Translations under genes and position numbers: made by a program
In this document: positions 37,988-48,325 of the stretch, in pieces
How the letters are laid out: every line of letters begins with the position of its first letter
How positions within the stretch are numbered: position 1 is the first letter of the stretch
Notes under the pieces: model-generated
Told to the model about the DNA's origin: nothing
Seen by the model: only the letters and a program-made list of their open reading frames with translations
Databases searched by the model: none
Assembly: GCA_963716985.1 (NCBI GenBank)
Contig: OY970323.1
Span: forward strand, 544,001 to 608,000
From: an uncultured bacterium
GTDB taxonomy: Bacteria > Chlamydiota > Chlamydiia > Chlamydiales > SM23-39
DNA length: 64,000 nucleotides
Direction of reading: 5' to 3'

Positions 37988-39556
37988 TTAAACAGCAGCC
38001 GTCGGCTCTGTTTTTTTCGCTTCTGCTTTAGGTAAAGCAGAGTCGCTCTTGGCCTCTTTTTCTGCAGATTTTGCAAGAAAGAGCTTGCTGAGCGAGTTCG
38101 CAGATACCATCCAAATAAAGATGATCGCAAAAAGGATCACGGCAATATAAGGGGTCATCGCAGCGATTGAGCCTAAGCCTAGGATCAAGCCTTGCTGAAT
38201 GAGAGATCCTCCTGATTTGCCAAGACGGGCGCCCACGACATCAATCGCAGCTTTCCCCTTGACTTTCGATTCGTCGTCCAAAGGAATGTAGGCCATTTCT
38301 TTGGTGGGATCGAAAAGAGAGTATTTGCAGGTTTTGCTCATGATATTTTGAACGGCGCCTACGATGACGGCCAGCATCAGGGGGTTCGTTCCGAGCGCAG
38401 CAATCATTCCCATCATCGAGTCTTTGAAGAGCACGAAGGAGAAGAAAGCAGTTCCCGTAATGAGCAGAACAACGGGCGTCACGAGAGCGGCAACCTTCCA
38501 ACCGAAGCGGCGGATGGTATTTCCTCCCACAAAGAGCATCATGAGAACCGCAATGAATCCGGTGCAAGTGGAAAAGGCTCCCATAAATGCGGAGTAGTCA
38601 TTGGAGTTGGGATATTGGAGTTTGAGCTGGCTTTTCCAGGTGACTTCCACGATGTTGATCGAAATGCCATAAGCGATCACCAAGATAGCAAGCAGTCCCA
38701 GGTATTTGGACTGAGCCAGTTGGAGGAAGCTTTCTTTCATGGAAAGTTTTGGCTTGGATTTTTTCGCAACTTTTTGTTGATTTGCTTCAAAAAATCTTGC
38801 ATCGGTTAAAACATTTTTTTGGATCCACCAGTAGAGAGCAATAATGCATATGCCGGATACGACGATCATGCTCATCAAATAGTTTAATGAGACTCCCCAG
38901 GCATCCACTCCGGCAGGAACTTTTTCACGGATGTTGGAGGCAAAGATAATTGCAGGTCCCGAGAAGAGAAGGGCTAAGTTAGCGCCAAGCCCAAGCAAGG
39001 AGTAGAAGCGCTTGGCTTCGACAACCTTCATGATGTCATTTGCAAATCCCCAAAAGAGAAGGGAGAGGACAACGCTTCCCCAAAGCTCGGAGAGTATGTA
39101 GAAAAGAGCGTAGCTCCAGTTGCGGTAAATGGCAATGAACCCCATAAATCCTTGAGGCAGTACGCCTTGGAGATAGTCGGCGAATTGCGTGGGATGCAGA
39201 AACCCTTTTGCCGGATAGATGACCAGGGCAAATAGGGCAAAGAAGATCACAAAGGGGGTGATGGTTGCATAAAAAAGCGCAGGCTTGCTGAGTTTGTTGC
39301 TGAGCTTTGCATAGATCAGCATGAAAACGATTGCGGAGGGCAAAACTCCCCAAAATTTAATGAAGGGGATGGCTTCGGCTCCGGATCCGGGCGCTGTTAC
39401 GATGAGCGTGTCCTTTGTATCGCGCAGAATCGTATAGTTAAAAGATATGAAAAAAAACATGAGAAACATGGGAAGAAGTTTCTTGAGCTCATAATTATGG
39501 ATGGGCCAAAGAAAGGATCTCCATTTTCCGAATGCGGATTTTGTGTTTGCAGACAT
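37988..39556 (-). CDS. tlcA: ADP/ATP translocase (Npt1/TlcA family)
   Basis: ELKKLLPM, LRDTKD, GAEAIPF, FWGFAN, KEMAYIPLD, GKSGGSLIQQ. Confidence 0.95.
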   Translation of the reverse strand: MSANTKSAFGKWRSFLWPIHNYELKKLLPMFLMFFFISFNYTILRDTKDTLIVTAPGSGAEAIPFIKFWGVLPSAIVFMLIYAKLSNKLSKPALFYATITPFVIFFALFALVIYPAKGFLHPTQFADYLQGVLPQGFMGFIAIYRNWSYALFYILSELWGSVVLSLLFWGFANDIMKVVEAKRFYSLLGLGANLALLFSGPAIIFASNIREKVPAGVDAWGVSLNYLMSMIVVSGICIIALYWWIQKNVLTDARFFEANQQKVAKKSKPKLSMKESFLQLAQSKYLGLLAILVIAYGISINIVEVTWKSQLKLQYPNSNDYSAFMGAFSTCTGFIAVLMMLFVGGNTIRRFGWKVAALVTPVVLLITGTAFFSFVLFKDSMMGMIAALGTNPLMLAVIVGAVQNIMSKTCKYSLFDPTKEMAYIPLDDESKVKGKAAIDVVGARLGKSGGSLIQQGLILGLGSIAAMTPYIAVILFAIIFIWMVSANSLSKLFLAKSAEKEAKSDSALPKAEAKKTEPTAAV

Positions 39557-39679
39557 CTTATCTTTCCTTTAGTAGAAGATTTAGCTAAAGAAGGTATTGT
39601 AGGCCTTTTTTTTGTTAAAAAACAAGAAAAAAGAAGGGGAAAAATTTGAAAAAAGGGGAATGAAAAGATTTTGAAAAAG

Positions 39680-39713
39680 AAAAACCTTTGAAGGAAAACC
39701 TTCAAAGGTTTTT
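39680..39713. terminator. Intrinsic terminator
   Basis: Perfect 15-bp stem AAAAACCTTTGAAGG/CCTTCAAAGGTTTTT. Confidence 0.8.
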
Positions 39714-39729
39714 GCGACAAAAAAAATTA

Positions 39730-40248
39730 TCAATTGGAAGCATCGCACATTTGAGAAGCGATGAGCTGCATTGCCTGGACGGATTCGACGTATCCGGTCC
39801 AAAGTTCCTGCTCAATTTTATTGTGGCGTATGGATTGGATCAATTCTCTCTTATAGCCTGCAAGAGATTTTTTAGGGCTCAGAATTCCAATAATTTCTTG
39901 ATCTCCGGCGAGCCTTGCAATATTGAGCATTCTTTCGAGTTGGATGCGGGAAAAAGTAATCTGGTCTCTTCTTTTGCGCGATCCCCTTGGAGCTCTTTGT
40001 TTGGGTGCAACGATGATGGGTTTTTCTACGCTAATGATGAAGCGCTCAATTAATGTGGAGAGCTCTTCGGGCTGCTTTGTTTTCATTTTTCTTAAGGTAA
40101 AATGGTGCATATAGCCGCCGGAGGTCATTGGCAGATATTTGCAGAGCTCATTTTCCTTTCTTACCCCTAATTTTTTGATAGCCCGTGAAATGTATTCTTC
40201 AATTTCTTTAAGGCTTTTTGTTGTTCTTTTATTTAGGGTTTCGTTCAT
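39730..40248 (-). CDS. Conserved chlamydial basic protein (CT066-like)
   Basis: KENELCKYLP, GGYMHHFT and RAPRGSRKRRD; adjacent to npt1. Confidence 0.8.
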   Translation of the reverse strand: MNETLNKRTTKSLKEIEEYISRAIKKLGVRKENELCKYLPMTSGGYMHHFTLRKMKTKQPEELSTLIERFIISVEKPIIVAPKQRAPRGSRKRRDQITFSRIQLERMLNIARLAGDQEIIGILSPKKSLAGYKRELIQSIRHNKIEQELWTGYVESVQAMQLIASQMCDASN

Positions 40249-40555
40249 AGGTTCTTTCCTTTATTTGTGTGTTAGTTTTGATCTGTTAGTGCGGATTTTA
40301 TTTAACCTTTCTCTTCTTTGTCCACAACAAATTTGTGTCATTCATTGCAAGATTTTGGCTAATAATCGCTCTTTTTTTCTTGTAATAAGCGGATTATATA
40401 AGCAAGAAACGTTTTTGTGCAAGAGATGTTCTCTTTTTTTCATTCAAAAACGATTTTATTATTTCTGTTTTTTGTTTGGTGGAGCAATGTTTATGCGGTC
40501 TGTTGTTTTTTTTTAGAGTAAATGATAACCTCTTAAACGCATGGTGAAAATTTTT

Positions 40556-41692
40556 ATGAAAAAAAGCATTTGTCTTTTGGGAAGTACGGGATCGGTGGGC
40601 CGGACGACATTGGATGTTGTTCGTCAAATGAAGAATTTATTTCAAGTTCATGCGCTGGCTGCAAAGTCAAATATTGAAGTGATCAAACAACAAATTGAAG
40701 AATTTTCTCCAAAAATTGTTGCAGTTTATGAGGAAAAAAAAGCGCAAGAGCTGCGCGCGTCTTTTCCCCATCTTCCGATTGTTTCGGGAAAAGCGGGATT
40801 GATTGAAGCCGCCTGTGCTGAAGAGGTGCAGCTCGTCGTGGTGGCAATGAGCGGTATGGAGAGCTTGCCTGCCACTCTAGCTGCCATTCGCGCCAAAAAA
40901 GTTCTCGCTATCGCCAACAAAGAGACCCTGGTATCTGCCGGGCAGCTCGTGATGGACGAGGTGAAAAAGCAGGGGACTCTCTTATTGCCCATCGATAGCG
41001 AGCACAATGCCATTTTTCAGTGTTTGAAGGGAGAAAATGCGAAAATAAAGCGTTTGATTTTGACCGCTTCGGGGGGCCCTTTTCGAGAGTTCTCTATGGA
41101 TCGGTTGAAGAGGGCTACCCTGAAGGAAGCCCTTTGTCATCCGACCTATCGAATGGGCACCAAAATTACCATCGATTCCTCGACGTTGATGAACAAGGGA
41201 CTTGAGGTGATCGAGGCGCACTATCTTTTTGGAGTCGGCGTCGATCACATTGACGTGGTCGTCCATCCGCAAAGCGTCATTCATAGTTTCGTGGAGTTCA
41301 TCGATGGCTCGATTCTGGCGCAAGCATCGGACCCCAACATGTTTTTTCCCATTCAATATGCACTGAACTATCCCGAAAGAAGGGAAAATCACCTGCCTCC
41401 CTTTGATTTTAGCAAATATCCAAAGCTGGAATTTTTCCCCCCGGATAAAGAAAAATTTCCCTGCCTTTCGCTGGCGTATGAAGCACTGAAAATCAAGAAA
41501 AGCATGCCCTGCTTCATGAATGCCGCCAATGAAATTTTAGTCGAACGTTTTGCGCAAGGGGAGATTTCCTGGGCGGGCATTGGAGAGAAGTTGGAAAAAA
41601 TCATGTCTTCCCATCGAGAGGTAGATCTGGTAAATTTAGACCTGCTTTTCGAAGTGGACCGAGAAGCGAGAAGAATCGCCATGAAAGCGTAG
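40556..41692 (+). CDS. dxr: 1-deoxy-D-xylulose-5-phosphate reductoisomerase
   Basis: LGSTGSVG, ANKET, PIDSEH, LTASGGPF, KITIDSSTLMNKGLE. Confidence 0.97.
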   Translation: MKKSICLLGSTGSVGRTTLDVVRQMKNLFQVHALAAKSNIEVIKQQIEEFSPKIVAVYEEKKAQELRASFPHLPIVSGKAGLIEAACAEEVQLVVVAMSGMESLPATLAAIRAKKVLAIANKETLVSAGQLVMDEVKKQGTLLLPIDSEHNAIFQCLKGENAKIKRLILTASGGPFREFSMDRLKRATLKEALCHPTYRMGTKITIDSSTLMNKGLEVIEAHYLFGVGVDHIDVVVHPQSVIHSFVEFIDGSILAQASDPNMFFPIQYALNYPERRENHLPPFDFSKYPKLEFFPPDKEKFPCLSLAYEALKIKKSMPCFMNAANEILVERFAQGEISWAGIGEKLEKIMSSHREVDLVNLDLLFEVDREARRIAMKA

Positions 41693-41711
41693 CAAAGGAG
41701 CTAGGAGCATA

Positions 41712-43619
41712 ATGATCAGCCATATTTTTTCCATTTTTCTGGCAGTTATCGGAATCGGACTTCTGATTTTTCTCCATGAACTGGGCCACTACTTTATGGC
41801 GCTGAAGAGAGGGATGCGCGTCGAGGTTTTTTCCATTGGTTTTGGCCGTCCGATCTATTTTTGGTATCGAGGCCAGGTCAAGTGGCAGATTGGTTCTTTG
41901 CCCTTTGGCGGCTATGTAAAGATCGCCGGCATGCAAAAAGAGGGGAGCCAAGAGGCAGAAGAGATCGAAGGTGGTTTTTTCGCTAAAAAACCCATCGATC
42001 GACTTCTTGTTGCCTTTTCGGGCCCTTTTGCAAATATTCTCTTTGCTTTTCTGGTCTTTGCCCTTCTCTGGTCTTCCGGAGGGAGGGAGAGTCAGCTCTC
42101 TAATCATACCCAATACATTGGGTGGATCGATCCCGATTCCGCCGTTTATAAAAACTCGCTTCGGCCCGGCGATCGAATCCTCAATTATGATGGGCAGCCC
42201 TTTCATAATTGGAACGATCTTGTTTATGCCTCTGCCCTGAAGCGCTCTTCGATTCGAATAGAGGCTGAAAAAGTCCACCGATTTTCCAATCGCAAAGAAG
42301 TTTTTGATCAGAGTTTTCCTCCCTATCAAGATGCGCGCATGATCGATGGGATCAAGACCGTCGGTATTTTTTCTCCTGCCTCCTATCTTTTTTATGTTTC
42401 CCCAACTGGAATTTCCCCTTATTCCCCGATGATCCAAAGCGGTATTCGGGAAGGGGACCGCATTGTTTGGGTAGACGGCTCTCTCGTTTTTTCTCCGCAA
42501 CAATTATCTTCCCTTATCAACGACGGCTCTCTTTTCTTGACCGTTCAAAGGAACCATACGGTCTTTCATGCACGAGTTCCTCGAATGGCGCTTGCGACGC
42601 TCCACCTCTCTCCCAAAGAAAAAGCGGAAATAGATGATTGGCGCCTGGACGCTTCGTTGAAGAAGAAATTGGACACGCTTTTTGTGATTCCCTATTTATT
42701 GAACGATCAGGGAGTGGTAGAAGCGCAATTAACAGAGGAATATGTCGGCTTCGATGAGAGAAACCCCTATGCGCTGCCTCTTCTGAAAAACGATCGAATT
42801 TTGGCAATCGACGGAGAAAGGATCTCCTCGCGGAAAGAACTTCTTCAGAAAATCCAACAGCATCGGATGTTGATCATCGTCGAAAGAAAAGCCCGTCCGA
42901 TGATTTCTTGGAAAGAGGCCGATCGGAGCTTTGAAAATTTTGTTTCGATCGATGATTTGCGCACCATTGTCTCATCGATCGGCAGGAAAATTGCGATTCT
43001 TTCTTCCCATGACCTCCATTTATTAAATCCCGCAGTTCCAACGACTCTCAAAGAGATGGCCGAAAGAGGGGATTTAGAGACGGCCAAGAGATTAGCGCTG
43101 GCGCAAAAAGAGATAGAAGATATGCGCGAAGGGGATAGCAAACAGAGAGCTCTTCAAGAGTTTGGAAAAGAGACGTCGAAACTTGTTTTAGGCCTGCCCA
43201 TTCAAGATTTAAAAATAGGTTATAACCCGAATCCTTTTTCCCTCTTTAAAAAATCCACGATGGAGATCTATAAAACCCTCTCCTCCCTCATTCGCGGCCA
43301 GCTGCATCCCAAATGGCTTGCCGGACCTTTGGGCATCGTGCAGATCGTGCAAAAAAGCTGGGAGACCGGAGTAAAAGAGACGCTTTATTGGTTTGGGTTG
43401 ATCAGTCTGAATTTAGGTTTTTTCAACCTCTTGCCTCTTCCCGTTTTAGACGGTGGCTATATTCTGCTTTCCCTCTTTGAAATCGTGACGGGAAAACGTT
43501 TGAAGCCAAAAACTTTGGACCGCTTGATCTTCCCATTCTTTGTTCTTTTGATTTTATTATTCCTATTTATCATGTATCAGGACGTCATCCGAATATTTGG
43601 AAGATTTTTTCATTTTTAA
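41712..43619 (+). CDS. rseP: Site-2 (RIP) metalloprotease RseP with PDZ domains
   Basis: HELGH, GGYVKI, NLLPLPVLDGG. Confidence 0.93.
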   Translation: MISHIFSIFLAVIGIGLLIFLHELGHYFMALKRGMRVEVFSIGFGRPIYFWYRGQVKWQIGSLPFGGYVKIAGMQKEGSQEAEEIEGGFFAKKPIDRLLVAFSGPFANILFAFLVFALLWSSGGRESQLSNHTQYIGWIDPDSAVYKNSLRPGDRILNYDGQPFHNWNDLVYASALKRSSIRIEAEKVHRFSNRKEVFDQSFPPYQDARMIDGIKTVGIFSPASYLFYVSPTGISPYSPMIQSGIREGDRIVWVDGSLVFSPQQLSSLINDGSLFLTVQRNHTVFHARVPRMALATLHLSPKEKAEIDDWRLDASLKKKLDTLFVIPYLLNDQGVVEAQLTEEYVGFDERNPYALPLLKNDRILAIDGERISSRKELLQKIQQHRMLIIVERKARPMISWKEADRSFENFVSIDDLRTIVSSIGRKIAILSSHDLHLLNPAVPTTLKEMAERGDLETAKRLALAQKEIEDMREGDSKQRALQEFGKETSKLVLGLPIQDLKIGYNPNPFSLFKKSTMEIYKTLSSLIRGQLHPKWLAGPLGIVQIVQKSWETGVKETLYWFGLISLNLGFFNLLPLPVLDGGYILLSLFEIVTGKRLKPKTLDRLIFPFFVLLILLFLFIMYQDVIRIFGRFFHF

Positions 43620-43731
43620 GGAAGTTTTTTGGTACACGTTCACGGGGCGTGGGGGGGGGCAATGAGAAATATCGGGTTGAAGACATCTGATTCTCGGAAA
43701 AGGGGGGGGCGGCCGTTTCTTGTTGTTTATT

Positions 43732-44004
43732 TTAGAAAAGTTCCGAATGAGTGCCTAAACGAACAAAGGTTATCGTTTTTTCTGTTCTGTCGATTTGGTA
43801 GATTAGAACCCAATCGTTTTGGACATGACAATCACGAAATCCTTTTCACTCGCCTTTTAAAGAATGGTCGCAATATTTAGGATCTAAGATTTTCTCTTGA
43901 ATTAGCTGGTTCACGACATGGGTTAACGTTGAAAAATTTCTCTTTTGCTTACGAGATTTTTCTTTGTCTTTCTCAAATTGTTTCGTGGTTTTTGGAAAGA
44001 GCAT
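43732..44004 (-). pseudogene. yafQ: YafQ-family mRNA interferase with premature TGA
   Basis: MLFPKTTKQFEKD...DHSLKGE*KGFRDCHVQNDWVLIY...RLGTHSELF; TGA at 43846-43848 replaces the expected Trp; missing from the ORF track. Confidence 0.88.
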
Positions 44005-44315
44005 CACTTCTCAAGGGATTCGAAAAAATCTGCTACAGAATCAAAATCGATAAGGTCTTTTTTCTCTTTGGCACTTTTTAGAGCTGCTCGAGTTTCTTTG
44101 TTGGGAGTGTGAGGGTGCGAGCATTTTTTTAATCGCATTCTTACGCTCTCAAGAACAAATTCATTTAAGGTTTTTTCTTCATGGGCAGCAACCATTTTCA
44201 TGTATTTTCTTTCTTGAGAAGAACATTCAATGGCTAGCCTTACTTTTTTGGCGCGAGCAATAGGTTTTTTTTTCGAGAAAAGTCTTCTCTGCCTTTTTGC
44301 TTTGGTAAGAGGCAT
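44004..44315 (-). CDS. Type II antitoxin (RHH-type, DinJ/RelB-like C-terminus)
   Basis: AGGAG RBS before ATG 44315; TPNKETRAAL...FDSVADFF; TGATG overlap with yafQ. Confidence 0.75.
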   Translation of the reverse strand: MPLTKAKRQRRLFSKKKPIARAKKVRLAIECSSQERKYMKMVAAHEEKTLNEFVLESVRMRLKKCSHPHTPNKETRAALKSAKEKKDLIDFDSVADFFESLEK

Positions 44316-44475
44316 TTTTACGAACTCCTGTTCAAATTGTGAATTTATAACAAATGTACATTTAAATAAATGGTGAATTTCTTTCTCGTTTTTTGCGTGG
44401 CACAGATGGGACAGCAATAGAAGCTTGTTTATAGATTAATGAGCGTTGGATTCCGGCTGCTTGCAATAAATTTAT

Positions 44476-44502
44476 AAGGGCTGTTTTTGAAAAACAGCCC
44501 TT
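44476..44502 (-). terminator. Probable dnaK terminator
   Basis: AAGGGCTGTTTT/AAAACAGCCCTT hairpin 12 nt past the dnaK stop. Confidence 0.6.
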
Positions 44503-44514
44503 GGGTGAGATGAC

Positions 44515-46419
44515 CTATTTTTTCTCTTCGGGCTCGATAATTTCTGCTTCGGCTTCTTCCACGTCATCCGGCTTTTTGCCTTGCGATGCGTGGGGAGATG
44601 GGCCTTGCTGTCCTTGCGTCTTTTGCAGCTCTTCTCCGATCTTTTGCATGTGGGTTTGCAGCTCTTGCATCGAAGAGCGGATCTGAGAGATGTCTTTGCT
44701 TTCGATGGCTTTTTTCAGAAGGTCGATTTTGCCTTGAATGTCAGAGACGACCGGTGCGGGGAGACGGTCTTTGTACTCTTTCAAAGATTTTTCGGCGCGA
44801 AAGACTAAGGCATCGGCCTCGTTTTGCACCTCGATCTCTTCTTTTTTCTTGCGATCCTCTTCCGCATGGATCTCGGCCTCTTTGATTTTTGCTTTGATCT
44901 CTTGGTCGTTCAAGCCCGATTTGGCTTCGATACGGATTTTCTGCTCTTTGCCCGACTGTTTGTCTTTGGCGGAAACGTGCAAAATACCGTCCGCATCGAT
45001 ATCAAAAGCCACCTCGATTTGCGGCATGCCGCGAGGAGATGGAGGAATATCGCTCAAATCAAACCGTCCGATCTCCTTATTGTCCTTTGCCATGGGTCTT
45101 TCTCCTTGGAGAACGACGATGGTCACGGCGGGCTGATTATCGCTGGCAGTTGAAAAGACCTGTTTTTTCTGGGTGGGGATCGTGGTATTTCTTTCGATGA
45201 GAGGAGTCATCACGCTGCCAAGCGTTTCGATGCCAAGGGTGAGAGGAACAACGTCGAGAAGAAGGATGTCTTTCACGTCTCCTCCAATGATTCCTCCTTG
45301 AATGGCAGCGCCAACGGCAACGGCTTCATCGGGGTTCACTCCTTTATGAGGCTCTCTTCCAAAAATTTCCTGAACCATCTTTTGTACCGCGGGCATGCGG
45401 GTCATGCCGCCGACGAGAATCACCTCTTCAATTTGGCTGGCGGAGAGTTTGGCGTCTTTGAGAGCTTTTAAGCTAGGCTCTTTTGTTCTGTCGATGAGAT
45501 CGTGGCAAAGGCTTTCGAGCTTGGATCTTGAGAGCGTTAGCGTCAGGTGTTTGGGGCCCGATGCATCCATGGAGATGAAGGGCTGATTGATCTCTGTGGT
45601 CTGCGTGCCGGAGAGTTCGATCTTGGCTTTTTCTGCCGCATCGCGGAGACGCTGCAGGGCCATTTTGTCTTTGGAAAGATCGATGCCATGCTCTTTTTTG
45701 AACTCATCGAGAAGAAAGTGGATGATGCGATCGTCGAAGTCATCGCCGCCGAGATGGGTGTCCCCATTGGTGGAGAGAACTTCAAAAACGCCGTCGCCAA
45801 TTTCAAGAATGGAGATGTCAAAAGTTCCGCCTCCCAGATCGTAGACTGCAATTTTCTTATTGTGCTGTTTGTCCAGGCCATAGGCAAGAGCTGCTGCCGT
45901 TGGCTCTGGAATAATTCTCTTCACGTCAAGACCTGCAATGCGGCCGGCATCTTTGGTCGACTGTCTTTGCGAATCGTTGAAATAAGCAGGAACAGTGATG
46001 ACAGCTTCGGTGACTTTTTCTCCGAGATAGCTTTCGGCGGTCTCTTTCATTTTGATCAGAATCTGGGCTGCCGCCTCTTCCGGAGTGATTTTTTTGCCGT
46101 CGATCTCAAAAACGGCATCGCCGTTGGCATTTTTTGTGATTTTATAGGGAACGGTTTTGATTTCCGAAAGAACCTCGTCATATTTTCTTCCGATGAAACG
46201 CTTGGTCGACGAGAGCGTTTTTTCCGGATTCGTGACGGCTTGGCGCTTGGCCGGAATTCCGACCAGGCGTTCATTTCCCTTATAGGAAATAACCGAGGGG
46301 GTAGTTCTGGATCCTTCTGCATTTGGGATAACTCTGGGCTCGCCACCCTCCATGATCGCAACGCAGGAGTTGGTGGTTCCAAGGTCGATGCCAATGATTC
46401 TTTTCTTTTGCTTGTTCAT
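44515..46419 (-). CDS. dnaK: Chaperone DnaK
   Basis: [25 protein letters not shown]. Confidence 0.98.
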   Translation of the reverse strand: MNKQKKRIIGIDLGTTNSCVAIMEGGEPRVIPNAEGSRTTPSVISYKGNERLVGIPAKRQAVTNPEKTLSSTKRFIGRKYDEVLSEIKTVPYKITKNANGDAVFEIDGKKITPEEAAAQILIKMKETAESYLGEKVTEAVITVPAYFNDSQRQSTKDAGRIAGLDVKRIIPEPTAAALAYGLDKQHNKKIAVYDLGGGTFDISILEIGDGVFEVLSTNGDTHLGGDDFDDRIIHFLLDEFKKEHGIDLSKDKMALQRLRDAAEKAKIELSGTQTTEINQPFISMDASGPKHLTLTLSRSKLESLCHDLIDRTKEPSLKALKDAKLSASQIEEVILVGGMTRMPAVQKMVQEIFGREPHKGVNPDEAVAVGAAIQGGIIGGDVKDILLLDVVPLTLGIETLGSVMTPLIERNTTIPTQKKQVFSTASDNQPAVTIVVLQGERPMAKDNKEIGRFDLSDIPPSPRGMPQIEVAFDIDADGILHVSAKDKQSGKEQKIRIEAKSGLNDQEIKAKIKEAEIHAEEDRKKKEEIEVQNEADALVFRAEKSLKEYKDRLPAPVVSDIQGKIDLLKKAIESKDISQIRSSMQELQTHMQKIGEELQKTQGQQGPSPHASQGKKPDDVEEAEAEIIEPEEKK

Positions 46420-46430
46420 AGTTGCTCCTT

Positions 46431-47009
46431 TTATATGTTATTTTGAGGGTTTTTTTCCTCTTCTTCCAATGAGGGAGAGAGGGTTTCTGCTATTCTTTTT
46501 TTTGCTACTTTTACGCGCGCGGCCCTTAGGGTTCGGTGGCCGCTTTTATATCCTTTGGAAAACTCTTCTAAAATCATTCCGTCGGGATGTTGATCGGTTT
46601 CGACGATTTCCATGGCTTCGTGCAGATGGGGATCGAAGGCATTCCCCAGAGAATGATAGGCAACGATTCCATAGTTGTGCAGGATGTCGCGAAATTGCGC
46701 AACGATCATCTGAAATCCCGAGGCCCACTGTTTGATATCTGCGCTGCAATTTCGTGCGCTTTGAAGCGCTGTTTCAAAACTGTCGAGCGGCAAAAGAAAT
46801 TCCGCGATGGTATTTTCCACGGCAAGGCGGATGGTTTCTTCTTTTTCTTTTTGCAAACGTTTCCGGGTGTTTTCGGTGTCGGCAAGAAGCCTCATGTATT
46901 TGTCTTTGTATTCATGCAGCTCCCGGTGAAGTGCTTTTTTCGCAGATTCTTCTGTTGCTTCTTCTTGCGGGGCCGATTGCTGCGCCGGCTCTTCTTTTTC
47001 TTCTGTCAT
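46431..47009 (-). CDS. grpE: Nucleotide exchange factor GrpE
   Basis: [21 protein letters not shown]...LRAARVKV. Confidence 0.96.
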   Translation of the reverse strand: MTEEKEEPAQQSAPQEEATEESAKKALHRELHEYKDKYMRLLADTENTRKRLQKEKEETIRLAVENTIAEFLLPLDSFETALQSARNCSADIKQWASGFQMIVAQFRDILHNYGIVAYHSLGNAFDPHLHEAMEIVETDQHPDGMILEEFSKGYKSGHRTLRAARVKVAKKRIAETLSPSLEEEEKNPQNNI

Positions 47010-47025
47010 AGGACGCGCCTTTTTT

Positions 47026-48177
47026 TTAAAGTTTTTTATTTTCGAGCAGGATAGAGGGGTTGCTTTTCCCCTGAGATTTTTGCTTTTCTATAAGCTTTGC
47101 GGCAGAAGGTGCGTGGAATGGAATTTTGAACTTATATACGTTCTTCGTGAACGTTTCCGAAAGGTGGTTCGAAAAGCTGTCTAAAATGCCGAAAAGCTCC
47201 TTATAAGGGAGCCTTAATGGGCCCAAAAGAGCGACGGCTCCAACGGGAATCTGTCCGATGAAGTAGGGAGCGGTGAGAATGGAGCATGTGGTTGCAAAAG
47301 GAGAAAATGCAAAGAGCTCTTCTCCGATCCAGCAGGAAAGCCGGCCGATCTTGCAACATTCGTTGAGCAGGGGACGGATGAGGGACAAATCTTCGAAAAG
47401 CTGGAGTACGTGGGCAAAGGAAGAGGGGTCTTTAAACTCCGCATAGGAAAGGAGTTTGGAGAGCCCCGTATGAGAGATGAGCTCGGAGCTGGATTGCATC
47501 GATCCGATGAGATGGCGCACGATGATCTCATTATAAAAATATTGGGCAAGTTTCGAAACGCCCTCTTCTTCGATTTTGGGGTTTTCTCCTCTTCCCAATT
47601 TCCAGAGGAAAAAATCTTCAAGTTTTTTGAGCTGCTTCAAAGAGAGCTCTTTTGGAAGATAAAGAGTTTCCGTTTGAATCAGGCCGAAGTCGGTCACAAT
47701 GATGGCAAGCACGCGCTTATTTCCCATGTCTACAAGCTTGATCGTTCGGATAAAATCCTGATCGAGCGCCGGCATGAGAAGAAAGACGCCGCACTGAGTG
47801 AGATGGCTTAAGTTTTCAGCCGCCTCTTGCAAGTAGGCAGAAAGCTCTTTTCCTTCGTTCTTTAAATGCACACGGAGAAACTGCTGCGCCTCCTGGGAAA
47901 TAGTAAACTCTTCGAGACAATGGTTGGCATATGTGCGAAACGCAAGGCTGGTAGGGATCCGTCCGCCGGAGGAGTGCTGCTGCTTCAAAAGTCCATTTTT
48001 TTCGAGCTTGTTGAAATAGTTGCGAATGGTCGCAGAGCTTAAAAATTCAAACCCATTTTCTTGAAGGGTATGCGAGCCTACGGGCTTATTGGTTTTCAGA
48101 AAAAGCTCAATCACGCCGAATAAAAGGGCATGTTCTCGATCTTTTTTAGCCACTCTTTTGTTTGCGATCTTCTTCAA
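47026..48177 (-). CDS. hrcA: Heat-inducible repressor HrcA
   Basis: PVGS, SSATIRN, HSSGGRIPT, LGPLRLPY. Confidence 0.95.
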   Translation of the reverse strand: MKKIANKRVAKKDREHALLFGVIELFLKTNKPVGSHTLQENGFEFLSSATIRNYFNKLEKNGLLKQQHSSGGRIPTSLAFRTYANHCLEEFTISQEAQQFLRVHLKNEGKELSAYLQEAAENLSHLTQCGVFLLMPALDQDFIRTIKLVDMGNKRVLAIIVTDFGLIQTETLYLPKELSLKQLKKLEDFFLWKLGRGENPKIEEEGVSKLAQYFYNEIIVRHLIGSMQSSSELISHTGLSKLLSYAEFKDPSSFAHVLQLFEDLSLIRPLLNECCKIGRLSCWIGEELFAFSPFATTCSILTAPYFIGQIPVGAVALLGPLRLPYKELFGILDSFSNHLSETFTKNVYKFKIPFHAPSAAKLIEKQKSQGKSNPSILLENKKL

Positions 48178-48178
48178 G

Positions 48179-48205
48179 CTGGCACTCGTCTTTTAAATTT
48201 GCTAA
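48179..48205. promoter_or_regulatory. CIRCE element of hrcA-grpE-dnaK
   Basis: CTGGCACTC-N9-ATTTGCTAA immediately upstream of hrcA. Confidence 0.75.
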
Positions 48206-48248
48206 ATATTTATATTTTACCATAAGGGGATTTTGAAGGCAATTACTT

Positions 48249-48275
48249 TTAGCAATCAATGGGGTTAATTGCTGA
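48249..48275. promoter_or_regulatory. Second CIRCE-like element
   Basis: TTAGCAATC-N9-AATTGCTGA. Confidence 0.5.
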
Positions 48276-48325
48276 TTTTATCTGCTAACTACATAATATT
48301 AAGACAGTTGCTTGGCATAAAAAAA

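Noticed and set aside
43645..43710. Poly-G tracts as phase-variation sites
   Set aside because: They lie between convergent gene ends, not in a coding or promoter position.
43846..43848. Genome-wide TGA=Trp recoding
   Set aside because: Core genes use TGG for Trp, and TGA ends genes such as rsmH and serS.
45547..46446. Long antisense ORFs over dnaK (likewise over clpC, lepA, proS and rseP)
   Set aside because: These are typical antisense shadows of conserved genes.
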